Assembly (NCBI RefSeq): GCF_006345805.1
Contig: NW_021836914.1
Location: 1 to 22,506 of the forward strand
Direction of reading: 5' to 3'
Origin: Octopus sinensis
Taxonomy: Eukaryota
Length of the DNA: 22,506 nt
The translations under genes were made by a program, and so were the position numbers. Every line of letters starts with the position of its first letter. The first letter of the stretch is position 1. Below are positions 20,354 to 22,506 of the stretch, piece by piece. The notes beneath the pieces are model-generated. The model saw only the letters and a list, made by a program, of their open reading frames with translations, ran no database searches and had not been told where the DNA came from.

Positions 20354-20878
20354 AAACCACAATAAATAAGACATATTTATTTCTTCAGCAAAGAGCGTTT
20401 TGCTACCGGAATGTTGGAAGCAAGGTTTCCCGCCACATGACAGATTCATGTTTGCAAAATTCTTCAGAATAAGACGACAAAGATGATTAAATTCCGGTTG
20501 GTTTCATAATAGAAATGGTGATGCCTTTATATTATCTCAGTTTCAAGGATAGGCCCCTGGCGATACACTTCATTTCAGCCGTACATACTAACCTTCATTT
20601 TGTCAATGATACACGGTTCGCTGTGAGAATTATTGCTTGTTGTGTCAAATCCTAAAAACCTTGAGGGTCGAGAGACTTCATCAAACGTCTTTCGTTGTGT
20701 TGCCATGGTTATGGTAGAATAATGTACAATGACATTTTGTTTGTAAATGAGGCCGTCTCACGGTTGAAACCCGAACCTCTATATCACGACATGAACCTAT
20801 CTCCTTTATCCGTGCACAAGCTCTTACATGACGGTTTATGTACTTAGAAAGGAGAATGCATGATATATATAATTATAT

Positions 20879-20915
<37 letters not shown>

Positions 20916-21049
20916 CTATATATATATATTATATATCTGTGTGGTCTGTATGTATAGGGGAGAGAGATTTATGCATACATCTATACAGATGCAAAGCACA
21001 TGAATACATGTATATATAAACATACATATATGTATACATATATGTATAC

Positions 21050-21225
21050 GAAAAAAAAAGACGAAGACAGGTGGTGTACAAAACAAAGAGATGTATTAGT
21101 ATAACACCCAGGAATAGAAAAAGACTTTTACGTTTCGAGCCTACGCTCTTCTACAGAAAGGGACACAGAAAAAAACAAGGAGAGAAAAAAATGTATGTAG
21201 TGGCTAACGATCTATCATGGCGACT
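21050..21225 (-). mobile_element. TA-rich-embedded module, probable Penelope-like pseudo-LTR
   Basis: About 175 bp between TA-rich repeats, containing the hammerhead-like motif at 21125-21160. Confidence 0.5.
21125..21160 (-). ncRNA. Minimal type I hammerhead-ribozyme-like motif (CUGUAGA core)
   Basis: Minus-strand RNA: CUUU-CUGUAGA-A-GAGC-GUAG-GCUC-GAAA-CG-UA-AAAG. Perfect 4-bp stems I and II, palindromic ACGU stem III, GUA triplet. Confidence 0.6.
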
Positions 21226-21254
21226 ATATGTGTATATGTATAATATTGTTATAA

Positions 21255-21300
21255 ACGTAGGTGCATCAGCATGGCCGCAGCTCTGAGCTGAAATACTGAA
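21255..21300 (+). mobile_element. 3' tail fragment related to SINE family A
   Basis: ggtgcatcagcatggccgcagctctgagctgaaa resembles ggtgctccagcatggccacagtcacacgactgaaa at the 3' end of the 17120-17490 copy. Confidence 0.5.
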
Positions 21301-21316
21301 ATATATATATATCTAT

Positions 21317-21354
<38 letters not shown>

Positions 21355-22506
21355 CATTATACACACATGCATATACATGTAACACGCATACACACACATG
21401 TATATATAAATATGTGTACATTTAGATATGTAAGTCTATGTGCATGTATATATGCACCTGTGCAGATATGTATACGCACACACATGCACGCACACATACA
21501 CACACTCACGCACACACATATATGTATACACACACACGGATATTTGCTCTTTTTTTTCTCGATGCACGTATGTATATAAGTACGTGTACGTAAACATGCC
21601 TATGTACACCCACAGACGCTCATACACGTATATTTGTTTACTCGTTTGTGCACGTCCCTACCGGCGTGCACGGGCGTACGATTGAGTGCAACTCTATATA
21701 TGCGTTAAGTAGGATCACTTGAAAACAGAAAAATCAAACACAACCATAAAAAAACCCACACAATTAAAAATACTAGAAGTGAAAGAAGACCAAGTTCACG
21801 AAGAACGCAACCATCAAAACACATCAACCAAGAATAATTTTTTCACTCTTCTTTTCGCCTTGCCTCGTTCCTTATGCGAAACGTGAAAAACTGATTCTCT
21901 ACGTAACATTTCTTATTCTTTGTTCGTTTCGCTAGTTTCATTTTATTCAATTTTCACCTTCACTTTCTTTGTTTTGTTTCGTTTTTTTTTATTTTTGTTG
22001 AATTCTTTCTTTTATTTGCCTGTATTTATTTATTTATTTATTTATTTATCATATTCCTTTGTTTATTTATTTAAAATTCGTTTCGTTTTGCTTTTTGGCA
22101 TTGTCACGATTTTCTAAAGGGCATAATATGTTCTTGTTGGTTTTCTTTTTCTTCTTATGTCAAGAAAGTTGCCACATCCATCACTTTTCCATATATGCTC
22201 AGGTTATTTTTAAAGTTTCGAGCAGATCTTTTCCAACTAACTTGATAGCTGTAAGATATATATACACACTTATACCAGTGCACAAATACCTATGCATACA
22301 TACATACATACATATATAAATATAATATATATATTATATATATATATATATGAAATATGAAAATAATGTGAGCAAACTGGGATTCTGGAAACAGATTGCT
22401 GTCAAAAAGTAAGTGCAACCGTTAGAATTAAAAGGGTGTGAGTAGTGAATCTCTGTATAATCACATGGGTTTTTTTAGTTGGTGTCAGTAAGGAAACCCA
22501 TTGCAA

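Overview
Repeat-saturated, AT-rich eukaryotic non-coding DNA (intron or intergenic). I could not support any intact host protein-coding gene. The SINE types and microsatellite load resemble octopus (coleoid cephalopod) genomes; this is inferred from remembered repeat sequences, not from a search. Contents: (1) two complementary frameshifted pieces of a Helitron PIF1-type helicase on opposite strands, plus the C-terminus of a second copy; (2) a 136-bp inverted repeat pair around the C-terminal piece; (3) an internally deleted mariner with both 30-bp TIRs and a TA target duplication, a second mariner 3' end, a Tc1 DD34E transposase relic and a possible hAT relic; (4) about 12 copies or fragments of two tRNA-like SINE families; (5) many (TA)n, (AGAT)n, (ATC)n, (GGT)n and (CT/GA)n arrays, which explain most ORFs in the supplied track. 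The most interesting signal is three short modules embedded in TA-rich repeats, each with a minus-strand minimal type I hammerhead-ribozyme-like fold. Each has a variant catalytic core (UUGAAAA, CCGACGA, CUGUAGA) and a palindromic stem III, which suggests Penelope-like pseudo-LTRs or retrozyme-like elements. Several strong hairpins also occur.
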